Below are positions 46,295-57,600 of a stretch of DNA of 64,000 nt, in pieces; position 1 is the first letter of the stretch; each line of letters opens with the position of its first letter. Below the pieces are notes generated by a model. It did no database searches. It worked only from the letters and a program-made list of their open reading frames with translations, and was not told the origin of the DNA. The DNA is taken from contig JAQUPL010000004.1 of NCBI GenBank assembly GCA_028716565.1, positions 68,236 to 132,235 of the forward strand, in the 5' to 3' direction. Both the position numbers and the translations under genes were made by a program. The DNA comes from Candidatus Omnitrophota bacterium. GTDB taxonomy: Bacteria; Omnitrophota; Gorgyraeia; Pluralincolimonadales; Pluralincolimonadaceae.

Positions 46295-46459
46295 TTTAAC
46301 CCGGCCCTTATTTACGAAAGAACGCGGGTGCAGGGGGCTGTTTTTCTGCAGCCGCTAAATCCTCCCCTGGCTGTATTGCAAACCGTGGATATCACCTCTA
46401 TCCTCTTGGAAAAAATGACGGCCGGCTTGCGGTACGGCTTCTTCTTGCCTTCACGCGGG

Positions 46460-47512
46460 CTATCTTTCATCGTTTATCAATTCCTTTCTTTCCGCTACAA
46501 TTTCTCCTATTGCTTTTGCGACCGAACAATCAAAATTCGACGGTCCAAAAATATCGCCGTCTTCGGAAAGCGCTATTCCGGAACATCTAAAACAAAATTG
46601 CACGAGGCCGCATCTCTTGCATTCCGGGAGGTCGGGCAGTTTTATATTTCTTACGAACTTTAACCCCTCCGAGGAACGCCATATATCCCCAAGCTTCTCT
46701 TCATGGAGGTTGCCCAATTTTACGTTCAACCCGATACAGGGATAAACATCGAGATGGGGCGTAATAAAAATATTATTGAATCCGGCGATGCAAAGAAGCG
46801 CATCGCCATCAGCCTCTCTTTTCTTAAGGGGGATACTGTTTGATACGAAGAAATCTTTGATCTTCTCCTCATTGAGCCTGTATTTCAAGGGGCCTTTCGA
46901 GCCGTCGTTCCTGCCCACGACGCAATAATCAAATACAAAATCCGCGCCGATCTCCCCCGCTAAAGACTCAACAGCCCTAAACTCTTCAATATTGTCGTTC
47001 ATGATAAGGAACTTAAGGACGACTTTTATGTTCTTTTCCCTGAGAAGCGTCGCTGCTTTTATTGTCTTATCGAAAGAACCCGGGGAAAAAGTAATGGCAT
47101 CGTGCAGGCCCTTATCGGCGGCATATATGCTCGTCTCGACCGCCAAAGGATGGAGAGACGCTATTTTCCCGCTGACAGTTTCGTCGACCAAAGTGGCGTT
47201 GGTCATCAACCGCAGGGCGAAACCCTGCTCTCTCGCATATGACGCGATATCAAAAAAATCATCCCTCATCAAAACCTCTCCGCCGCTGAGGGTAAGATAA
47301 AGACAGCCCATATTTTTGAGCTCATCTATGACGGATCTTGCCTTTTCATAAGAAAATTCCTGTCTGCCTTTCGCCCCGGCGGCGTAACAATGCCTGCATC
47401 CTAAATTGCATTTATAGGTCAATTCCCAATGGGCCATGAAGCAGATAAAATCATCCATTGTCTTGCGGTATATCCTTAAATACTGGTCTTTGGTAGTGTC
47501 GACTTCTCTCAT
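46460..47512 (-). CDS. Radical SAM/SPASM-domain maturase (PqqE or anSME-like)
   Basis: It has the CNLGCRHC radical SAM cluster motif and the C-terminal SPASM cysteines CKRCGLVQFCFRCSG. It is 350 aa and sits immediately downstream of the PqqD-like gene. Confidence 0.85.
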   Translation of the reverse strand: MREVDTTKDQYLRIYRKTMDDFICFMAHWELTYKCNLGCRHCYAAGAKGRQEFSYEKARSVIDELKNMGCLYLTLSGGEVLMRDDFFDIASYAREQGFALRLMTNATLVDETVSGKIASLHPLAVETSIYAADKGLHDAITFSPGSFDKTIKAATLLREKNIKVVLKFLIMNDNIEEFRAVESLAGEIGADFVFDYCVVGRNDGSKGPLKYRLNEEKIKDFFVSNSIPLKKREADGDALLCIAGFNNIFITPHLDVYPCIGLNVKLGNLHEEKLGDIWRSSEGLKFVRNIKLPDLPECKRCGLVQFCFRCSGIALSEDGDIFGPSNFDCSVAKAIGEIVAERKELINDER

Positions 47513-47513
47513 C

Positions 47514-47795
47514 TTATTTGATCTCTACCGCCCCTCTTTGTACCATATCCTCTATGAACTCGGTGATGTCTTTCAGCGCCTCTTCATGCGTGGCGTCGAA
47601 TTCCGATATGACCGCGGCGCTGATCTCGTCGATATTCCTCTTCCCGTCCATGATCTCCCATATGCGCGAACCGACGTCGCTCAAAACAATGGTCTCCTGT
47701 TTATCCAAAAGGACGATAACGGCCTCTCCGTCTATGATCCTTGAAGCGGTCTTGCCGGATTTGACCGGTATCTTTGTCTTCATATCCACGGTCAA
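47514..47795 (-). CDS. PqqD-family peptide chaperone (RRE domain)
   Basis: It is 93 aa and has the typical PqqD pattern ...GEAVIVL...ETIVLSDVGSRIWEIMDGKRNIDEISAAV...EALKDITEFIEDMVQRG. Confidence 0.75.
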   Translation of the reverse strand: MTVDMKTKIPVKSGKTASRIIDGEAVIVLLDKQETIVLSDVGSRIWEIMDGKRNIDEISAAVISEFDATHEEALKDITEFIEDMVQRGAVEIK

Positions 47796-48634
47796 TTCTC
47801 TCTCTTTGAGAACGCTATTTCAGATTTAAGCCCTTCTATGTGGAGCCAGAACGACGGCTCCGGCAGGAAATGCAGCCCGTAACAAGGCACGGCGGACAGA
47901 AGCTCCGAAAATGCCGCGAGCAATCCATCCCCGGGGATCAGCCCTGCCGGTATATGGGGTACGGTAAATAGATTCGCCAGGGCATACGCGGGCGAGAATC
48001 TCTCCAGATACACCGTCTTGTCTTTTATCAATTTAAACAAGCCCTTTATCCGGTAAGGCTTGTTCTGCCTCGGCCCTATTTGCCTATCTCCCCAGGCCGG
48101 AGTGGGAAAAACCTTAAATTCACCGTCAACTTTCTTGGCGAGTATCAGGTCGTCGCTTAAGATAACCCTGCCCGGAGATAAGCCGGCTACCGTGGACTTG
48201 CCTGCGGTAGACGGGCCGATAAATACGTGCGCCTCTTCCCCTTCCAATACGCCCGCCGCGTGCAGGGCTATCCCCCCGTCTTCCAGGACCACCAAAAATG
48301 TGTAAAGATTCCTCAGAAAAGTGCCCAACGGATACAGGGGATTCAGGGGATTTAACTTTATCCGGCCGCGTCTTTTTGAGAAATCCAGACTGCCTAAAAG
48401 GCAGTCATCCTCTATGACCATGGCGCCGTCTTTAAAAACAAGCTTCGAAAAAGGGAAATATTCCGGCGGCGCATCGCGGGTCAACTCTACATCGACGGAA
48501 AGCGCCGGCTCGGCGTCGGAAAGAAATGCATCATATGCTTCGAGAACATCTTTAACAAAAGATGCGTGGCTCTCTTCATCGATGTTGAGACCTACTATAT
48601 GGCCGGCGACCTCTATCCTGAGTTTTCTTTTCAT
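47792..48634 (-). CDS. HPr-kinase C-terminal-domain-like P-loop protein (HprK-related kinase)
   Basis: It is 280 aa with the P-loop GPSTAGKST followed by SDD, as in the HprK/P catalytic domain. The RBS GGGAGAGA lies in the 17-nt gap after the giant gene. Confidence 0.6.
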   Translation of the reverse strand: MKRKLRIEVAGHIVGLNIDEESHASFVKDVLEAYDAFLSDAEPALSVDVELTRDAPPEYFPFSKLVFKDGAMVIEDDCLLGSLDFSKRRGRIKLNPLNPLYPLGTFLRNLYTFLVVLEDGGIALHAAGVLEGEEAHVFIGPSTAGKSTVAGLSPGRVILSDDLILAKKVDGEFKVFPTPAWGDRQIGPRQNKPYRIKGLFKLIKDKTVYLERFSPAYALANLFTVPHIPAGLIPGDGLLAAFSELLSAVPCYGLHFLPEPSFWLHIEGLKSEIAFSKREN

Positions 48635-48651
48635 CTCTCCCTGGAAAAATC

Positions 48652-51600
48652 TTAGTCTTCCGGCTCCTTAGATTCCTTAGAACCGTCTTTCCATCTTTCG
48701 TTGTCTTTGACGTTTGTCAAGACTTCCCGGAGGATATTCGCAAAACTATCCGCCGGTATAGACAGCGAAGGCTGATTACTACCGGACTGTATCTCTATTT
48801 TTTTAACTTTTATATTCTTCTCTATATTTAAAGACAAAGCCGGGTCTCCAAAGAGAGTCTGCGTTTGTATCAAATCTTTATGCTGTCCTCCCGTATTTGA
48901 AAAAAAGTTTATCTTCGCTTTGGTTGTGGCGGGGCCAAGCCTGTAATTGCCGTCCACAAAGATCGATTTGTATAATTCTTCGCTTAAGGCCTGATGCCCT
49001 TCCGGCACGCCCATGCCCGTAGGAGAAAAACAGGCGATCGCGCCGGCGTCTCTTCTCTTCAAAAACACCTCGGCCAGAGATTCGTTCCCCTCTTCCGGGT
49101 GCAGGAAATAACCATCCAGGCAATCAAAGGAGACGACAAAGGGATACTTGCGGTAATTATCTAATAAACCGACCGTACCCGTATTAAATAATCCCTCCTG
49201 GGTCCAAAGGTCGGTCGAGCCGTGTCCTACGTAATTCAGCAAGACCGCGCCGCTATTTATATTATTTATCATGTCCCGGGTAAATTGTGAATAATCCGCG
49301 TAACCGGAAAGATATAATTTCACCGGAATTGCCTTCTTGGGCAGATACTGCAGCAGGTTATCCGAGATCTGTTCAAAGAGCGCCTCGTCATCTGCCGCAA
49401 GAACGACTTTTCTGCTGTATTCCCTGGAACGCAGATTGGCATAAACCACGGTTTTCCTGACTACGTTATCGACTTCGTCCTCGTTCCTTGCGGGGATCCT
49501 GCCGATGAACATATCCGGCAATATATCATCCTGGACTTGCCCGCCGACAAGTTGCGGGGGGTCCAGGCACACAAACCAGTTATCCGAAGCGGTCTCGCCC
49601 AGATACGGCACGTCAGGCAACAGGTAGGCCGGGACGTAGTTTATTTTCCCGGAACCCAGACAATCCCTATAATCGTAATTCGCGTCGCCGACCAGGAGAA
49701 CATACGTAGGCACCGGATGCCGCCACCTATTATAGGCGAATCTTAGGAAATCTTTTATCGCATACGGGCTCACAAGGCCATAATTAAATTCGTCGTATAC
49801 ATCCTCGACGTCGACTACGCTGACGTTCAGCCTTTTATTCCTATACAATCTCTCAAGCGGGGAGAGGCTGTTTTTAAAAGCCCCGTATGAAATTACTATA
49901 TAGTCGGCCTTGTTTTCCGGTGAAGACAGCTTCGAGGGCGCATCGATCTTCAGGCGCTCGGCTAAATTCGCTTTATCCGGGGTCAGGGCGAGGAACCTCT
50001 TTTCCTCACCCGGCTTGAAATCGTACCTGAATATTAACGAATATGAACCGTTCGTTTGGAATACGACCCTAAACCCGGTGACATATTTGGCCGTTGCCGG
50101 CTCGGTTATATCAAATAATTCGGCGTCATCTCTCGTAAACCCGGATATATTGAACTCGTCCACGCCGCCGTTAACCGACTTATAAGAAAAATCCAGGAGA
50201 TTGTCATCCGCGACAAAATTCCGCCAATATTCCACCTCGAAGTAGTTCGGCACAAGAAGGTCGTATTCTGCCCCCGGAGGAAGCTGCGCCGCTATAGTTA
50301 TAGTGTTGCCGCCCTCGACAAGGACGTCCTGCGGCACATTTATCTCTACCACATGTTCATCCTGGCCCTCCCATGACACATAATCAATAAGCCCATTATT
50401 CAGATAGGTCGATGTTTGATGGCCGACGTCAAATAGGGCGTAATAAGCGACTCTCACCTTAGCCTCATCTCCGGGATGGAGGAGATTTATGTCTTTAAGA
50501 TCTATCTGGTAATCAACCTGCGCCCCTCCCCAGATGTAGCTATCCCAAAACCAGCGGTCAACATCCTCGGGGCCTTTGCGCTCGCCCCAATAATAATCGT
50601 TCTTCTCTAAGCGCGTTACGGCCCTAAACCTGTCGGGGGCTTCCGCCGGCTCGTGAGTGTCGGCAGGCGCATTCTCCATCCTCAATCCCGCTCCCTGGTC
50701 GTAGGTAAGCCAATATACATTCTCTTTTGAATATTTTGAATTATTGGCTTGGGCGTAAAATTCAATATAGTCATAACGGCCGAATATCCCGTCTTCTTCC
50801 CCGGAAATACGCAGGGCTACTTCCTTCCCTTTGTTATAACACCTTATCTTGCGCGGATCCAACCGCATTATATCGTAAAAATCAGCGTTCCAGAGGTCAT
50901 CCCACCCTATCCGGTGCAGCCCTTCTTTTGTGGTGTATGCCTTCACCTTAGAATACTTGCCGGGCAAAGGCAGGGGCGGCTCTACCGGCGGGTTGACTTC
51001 GTTGGCGCTGAATTGCAGCTTGACCCTTATCCTTTTATAAAATTTCAAGTCATGACGGGCCGGATTAAAAGCCAGGGGAGCGATGTTCACGCAAGCCGTT
51101 CTTTGGCCCCTCATTTCTCCCACGAACCCGAGGCTGACTATATCAACGGGATAATATTCATCCGCAGAATAAAATTTCTTGTCTACTATAAGCTGCGATT
51201 CTATCTTCTTGAACCGGGGTTTTTCTGCTTTCAAATTTTCATCGGCAGTCATTGTTTTCTTTAAGTCCCCGATAACGCGGGAAGTTCTGACAGGATAGAT
51301 ATTGTAGCCGGATAGTTCGACCACATCAAAATCCAGGTCCGCGACGGCGCAAGATACGCCTTGCGGAATGCTTAACAGGACCGGCTTGAGCGGCATCCGG
51401 GGTTTCCCCTGTTCATCGGTATATCCGTGCTCGTATCCGGGGATCCCAAGGACCTGATACGTGACCCCGCCTATCTTTTTAGGGGTCGCCTTAAATTCTG
51501 AGGTTACGAGCTCCAGGGTAATGCCTGATTCGTCAGAATTGATTACGCGTATCCCTTCTTGCGCCTCTTCCTCTTTTTGCTTCGGGTCCGTGCCGTGTAA

Positions 51601-54600
51601 GAATTCCTCTAAATTAGTGAACCCGTCGCCATCCGGGTCAAGCGAGGCATCGCCAGGATCGTGGGGATCAAACCCGTGATAGATCTCCCAATCATCAGTC
51701 ATACCGTCGCCATCCGAATCCAGCCCCGGATGGGCCGTTACGGGTCCGTGCATCCTGGTGCGGCCGCTGAATTCCACGTCCTCCAACTTATAATAATAGG
51801 TATTGCCGCCGGTTACGTTGCCGTCGGGATAGAAATACTCCCCTCCTATGGTGGAGGTGCCCAGGCCCGGGATCAGCGAAGGATTTAATTTTGTATAAGG
51901 CCCGTTTTTGTTCGTGCTCACGTAAAGGTTAAAACCCGCATTATTGTATTCCGAGGCCGTATTCCAACGAATATCTACTTTGTCAAAATAACCAATGGCG
52001 TAAAAAGACGTCAATTTAACAAGGGTTGGCGAAAACCAGTTGGTGTTATTCCCTCCGTCGTTGGAATTATCGGGATTGATATAATTAGCATTGAGGTTGA
52101 CGGAATTTGATACATCCACATACGCGGCTGTCCAGCCGGGTGACGCGCCTTTAGAACCGGCCGGATATACGGCCCATTGGTTCGAGCCGCTTCCGTCCGA
52201 ACGGCCCAGTGTTATCTGGTTACCCGCGCCCGAGGCGCCGGAGAAATTCAGGTTATTGGTGACAGTCGTGCAATAATTATTGGGGGGAGTTTCCACGTTA
52301 AAAAGCAATGTCTTGCCCGCGGTCGTGCAGGTCAAGTTATAGAATGAGGTGCTTCCGTATATGGTCGAGGTCCTGGTATTATCGTTAAATACAACTGTGC
52401 CGCCGTTGGCGATGACCTGGGCGGAAGTCCCCAGATTCTTAAAATTCCCCCCTACGGTGGTTGTGCCGCTTGAAAGAGTGAGCTCGGCATTTGCGGTGGA
52501 TTCAGGAACAGTTCCGCTCGTTACGATACCAAGTTCAAGCCCGATACTGTGAGTGCCGCTTCCTAAATCAATGTAAGAGATATCAGAGCCATTTATTCTG
52601 GGATATACATGCATATCCAATCCTACCGTGATGTTGCCTGTCGTAACGTTTACCTGGCCTACGCATGCAAATTCGGTCAGGTTCCACTCCCCCGCGTCAA
52701 ACCATCCCGAACTTACAATATTGTACTGGTTGACGTTAAGGACGTTAGTCGTATTCTGGCCCTGATGGCCTGTCTGCCAATTTCCGGAATGGGTCACGTT
52801 CCCCGTAAGGGTCAATGTGGCGCCGTTGGCAATAAATATCTGGGTGGTCGACAGGTCCCCGCCATTCATGGTGGTGGGGGCAGCTAAGTCGAACCAAAGC
52901 TCCGTCACGTAAATTGTGCCGCTGTTTACGATCGTAGCGCCGTATACAAAAATCTTTTGATTAGCTACGCTTTGCTGGAGAACGCCTGTCCCGACGGTCA
53001 ACGTCCCATGGATATCGAAGCCCATCCAGTCGGCGCCCATGTTGATCGAAGTAGTCTTGCCGGCATAGCCGCATGTTAAACTATTGAAAGTTATGTAGTG
53101 GCTATGGCCGATTATCGAGCCCGTGCCCTTAAGGTCGACGAGAGAAGTGCCCCATTGAAAGTTAGCCTGTACGTTCACATCGAAGTTGCCTGTCGTGGCG
53201 TCTTGAATGGTTATCGTCGAGGCGTTCGCGTAGAAAGGACCGTTTATGGTTATAGTACCGTTTGTGCCGCCGTCGCCGGTAGTGAGGTTTTTGCTGGTCG
53301 CGGCGTCGTCGTCAAGGGTGGTAAAGTATTTCCCCGAGTTGTTTGTAAATGTCCCGTCGAGAACGAGGTTATTAGTATGGATATAATTCCTGCTGCCGGT
53401 GGTACCGCCGTTATTGACAAGATTGCCCAAATGCGCGCTGGAATTTATGTATTTGCCGTCGCCTGTCATGGTAAGGGTATTCTTGGTGGTTGTGGCTCCG
53501 AAAGCGGTTATTACCACATTTCCCGAAGCGGATACGGTATTGGTCTGGCTGTTGGTGAATGTCCCTGCATTGGTGAAATCAGCGCAGGATAGGGAACAGT
53601 CCGCGGTATTGGCGGTATAGGTGCCGCCGGCCTCGATAGTGAAATTCCCGCAAACGAGCGAACCGTTATTTGTGATGACGCCGTTCACGTGAGACAAAAG
53701 TTCTGCTGAAAAAGTGCAGGTGCTGCCGCTCCCCACGGTAAAAGAGCAGTGGTCGCTGCCGTTTACCGAGTCATTTATCCAAAAGTTGACTGCGGTTATA
53801 TCTCCCGAACCGGTGGTCACCTGGCCCACTTCTGTCCCGGATGTATCACGGCCGATGAGAAAATTTCCTGAGGATGTAAGATCGTAACCGTCGAGGTTAA
53901 GGACGGCGGTCGAATTAGCTTGCCAAAAGCCTACTCTCCACTCATTAGAGGCGGTCACTGCCCCGGCCAGGGTCACTATGCCCCTGCCGATCTGGATGTG
54001 TTCGGCTGTGTAGACGCCGCCGCCCATGGTGGCGGTGCCCGCGCTGCTGCCGAGCTCAAACTCGAGCTCCACAGGGTTGCACGTTCCGCTGTTAACTATC
54101 GTCGAGCCGTTTTTCATCTGGACTTTTCTCTCGAAAGGGCTGGTAAGAGTGGCTCCGGATAGTATGGTCAGGGTATGATAAACCTGTATGCCTTCCCACG
54201 AGGCATCGGAAGTGGCTGTTACGGTAGGAGTCGCGGACACTTTACCGATAGTCAAATCATAAAATCCGGCTCTAAAGACTCCGCCGCTGCCGGCCGCGCT
54301 CTGTATCTCGGAAGTTACCTGGATGACGACCGTAGAGGTACCGTAAATAAAGGTGCCGTCCACGTCAAAGTTGCCGCCGGCGCCTGTCAGAGTGATAGTT
54401 TTGTTAGAAGCATCCAGGGTACCCGTGCTGCTGATCTTAATATGCTGGGTAAGATCTATGGAGGAAAGCAGGGTATAACTGCCTGAGACATCCAGGTTAT
54501 AAAAAGCATCGGAGTTACTGGAGGTGGTGGTTATGTTTTTCCCGGCGCCGGATAGGTTTACCCAGGATGCGCCTGTGCCCGGTGTGAAAGTCCCTGTGCC

Positions 54601-57600
54601 GGAGACCTCCCAATTACCGCCGACTATTAAAGTGTGGCCTCCCGAATTATCAAGCGTGCCGACAGTGACCGTCATATCGTCGAACTCGCAGGCCGAGTCG
54701 AGGACTATGCTGTCGCCTGCCTCGTCGAGGTTGGTAGCCACCTGGATATCCATGTTATTAAGGTGGACGGTCTTGGTATTGAAGTCGATGTTATTGTTGG
54801 TAAGGGCCCTCTTGGCGCCTGACGAGCCCTTGATGATGATATTGTTGGTCGAGTTGGTTAAGACTATGCCCTCCCCGTCCGCGTTGCCGTTGTTTACTAT
54901 CGAGCCGCCGACCTCTACGGTCACGCTCGCGCTCGAGGCATCCAGGGAAAGGGATTTATTGTCGTTTATCGTCAAGGTGTTAGAGGTGGTGATATTAGTA
55001 TTTTGGGTATAGGTGCCGTTGACCGTAAAGTTATAGAATGTGGTCGTGCCGCCTCCGGTCAGAAGCTTGGTCGTGCCGGCTACCGTGGTGGTGCCGGAGC
55101 TGGACTGGGAGATGGTGCCGGCATTCCTTATATCGTCTGAGACGCTTAAGTTCTTGGCGCCCATGCTTAAGGTGGCGCCGGATTCTATCTGGAGGTCTCC
55201 GGTGCCCTGGACGGTCACGTTGCCGCCCGGGGCGAAGGTCTTGGCGCTTGAACCCTCCAGGAAGAGCTCGATATTGCTGTCTACGGTTAGATTGCCGCCT
55301 GAGGCGGCCGAGACGGAGTAGAGCACATCGCTATCCCCGTCATCCGCATTGTAGAGGTCGTCATTTGTCATGTTGGTCGTGTCTGTGTTGAATACGACGA
55401 GATGGTCCTGGTATATATTTACGCCTGATACGTTGCCGGCGCCGGAGCACCTGTAGGCCGTGGTCCCTTTTGTGGCGCCTCCAGTATTTAGATAGACACA
55501 GATTATATAATTATCGGCCAGGGTACCGTTCGTGATCGTGTATGTCCCTCCGGGATCAGAGGTCGTGGTTGTGTAGACGGATCTCGTGGCTCCGTTATAA
55601 ACGACTACCGTGACGGCTGTGTTGGTTATGGGCGTGGTTTCGGTGTCGTCGGTAAAAGCGGTCCCTGATATAGTCGATGTGCCGAATATCCAGTTTATGT
55701 TATTGCCCGAGTCTGTACCGCTTGTTACAATAATGGTAGCGGGAGTTCCTCCTATGCAGGTCTGGTCTTGCACATCCACGTCTACCATAGTGAAGGTGCC
55801 CGCGCCCTGCCAGTTACGTTGGGTCGGGCTGGCGCTCGACCTTATCTGGATGAGGTCTCCCGTAGGCGCGTCAAACGCTATAATCCCGGCATTGCTGACG
55901 CCTCCGGACAGCGTTACGTTGGCGTTATCGGTCACATTGGTCCACTTTGAGGTAGCATCTGAAAGGGTAACAGCCCCTGTCGTAATCGCGACCTGCTGTA
56001 TTAATTCTCCGTCTGTTATGGTCAATGTCCCGCTTATCGTCGGGGCGTCATTCTGGAAGGTAACATTATCATCGGCACCGGTAGCCGCGGTCTTGTTGAT
56101 CCGGATGTTGTTATAACCGGAGGTGGCCGGCGCGCCGGCATCGAATGTCGTGCTCGTTGTCCCGTATAAAATAAGCGTTCCTGCGGCATTAACGGTGCCG
56201 TTATTATCCCAGTTGCCTCCTACGCTGGTCGTGGCGCTCGAAAGAGTGAGGCGGGCTTGAGCGGCGCCATTGGTCGCGTCGATCGTAACATTGCCTGAAA
56301 ATGTATGGGTACCGCTTCCTAAGTCAATTGAAGATTTAGCGCCGCTGTTATCGGCGCTAAATACATGGAGAGTGGCCGCGGTTATGCTGCCTGCTCCGCA
56401 GGTTATCTGCCCCACCCGTGTTAGACAGCCGCTTTGTCCGACATTAATATTAGCCGTAGGCACGTTAATGTTCTTGCCGTTGAGATTAAGTATGCTCGTC
56501 TTGTTTTCGGCGCCGACATTATAACCTATCCGCCAATCTCCGGAATCGGTTATATCCCCGCCGAGGGTGAGTGTGCCGCCTGCGGTCATTTGGATCGCCG
56601 TATCCTCGTAATCCCCTCCGCCCAGGGTGGCGGTGCCGCCGGTGACGATCGCGAACTCGAGCTCGGTCACATTGATCACACCGCCGTTGACCACTGCCGA
56701 GGTGTCATACATCACGACCCTTCTTTCCGCCGCAGATGTCAGGGTGCCTGTCGCCGCCGTAGTCAGGGTCCCGCGCACATCTATGCCGTTCCACGCGTCG
56801 CCTCCGGTAACCGTTGTGGTCTTACCGGCGGCGGCGCAGGTCAGGTTATAAAATTTTGCCTGAAACCAGCCGTCGCTCACTAAGTTCCCGGTACCCTGCA
56901 GGTTGACCGTAGAGGTACCGTAGTTAAAAGTGCCGGTCACGGTCAAGTGGCCGTCGCCTGTCATGGTTATGGTCGAACTGTTAGCCGTAAAAGTGCCGTT
57001 AATGGTTATCGCACCGGCTGAGGACAGGCTCCTGCCTGCCCCGGCCGAAGCGGTATAAGAGGCACTCGCCTTGTTCTCGAAGGTGCCGCAGGCGATCGAA
57101 CCGTTATTTGTGATAACGGAGGCGTTCGTGCCGTTGCCGTTGGTAATGCCGTTTGAGCCCGCCGCGATGCTTCCGCTCGCGGTTACGGTAATTGTGCCGT
57201 AGGTGTTGGTGATCGTCCCTCCCACCGTCGCGGTGTAAGCTCCGGTCGTAAAAGAAGTGGTGGCGTTGCCGTTCAAGGTAACGGCGTCGAACTCGCAGGC
57301 CGAGTCGAGGACTATGCTGTCGCCTGCCTCGTCGAGGTTGGTAGCCACCTGGATATCCATGTTATTAAGGTGGACGGTCTTGGTATTGAAGTCGATGTTA
57401 TTGTTGGTAAGGGCCCTCTTGGCGCCTGACGAGCCCTTGATGATGATATTGTTGGTCGAGTTGGTTAAGACTATGCCCTCCCCGTCCGCGTTGCCGTTGT
57501 TTACTATCGAGCCGCCGACCTCTACGGTCACGCTCGCGCTCGAGGCATCCAGGGAAAGGGATTTATTGTCGTTTATCGTCAAGGTGTTAGAGGTGGTGAT

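Noticed and set aside
46274-46663. The 129-aa plus-strand ORF in the rSAM-peptidase gap, considered as a precursor peptide
   Set aside because: It runs mostly antisense through the SPASM gene 3' end and the peptidase 5' end. It has no RBS or leader-like features, so it is likely a shadow ORF.
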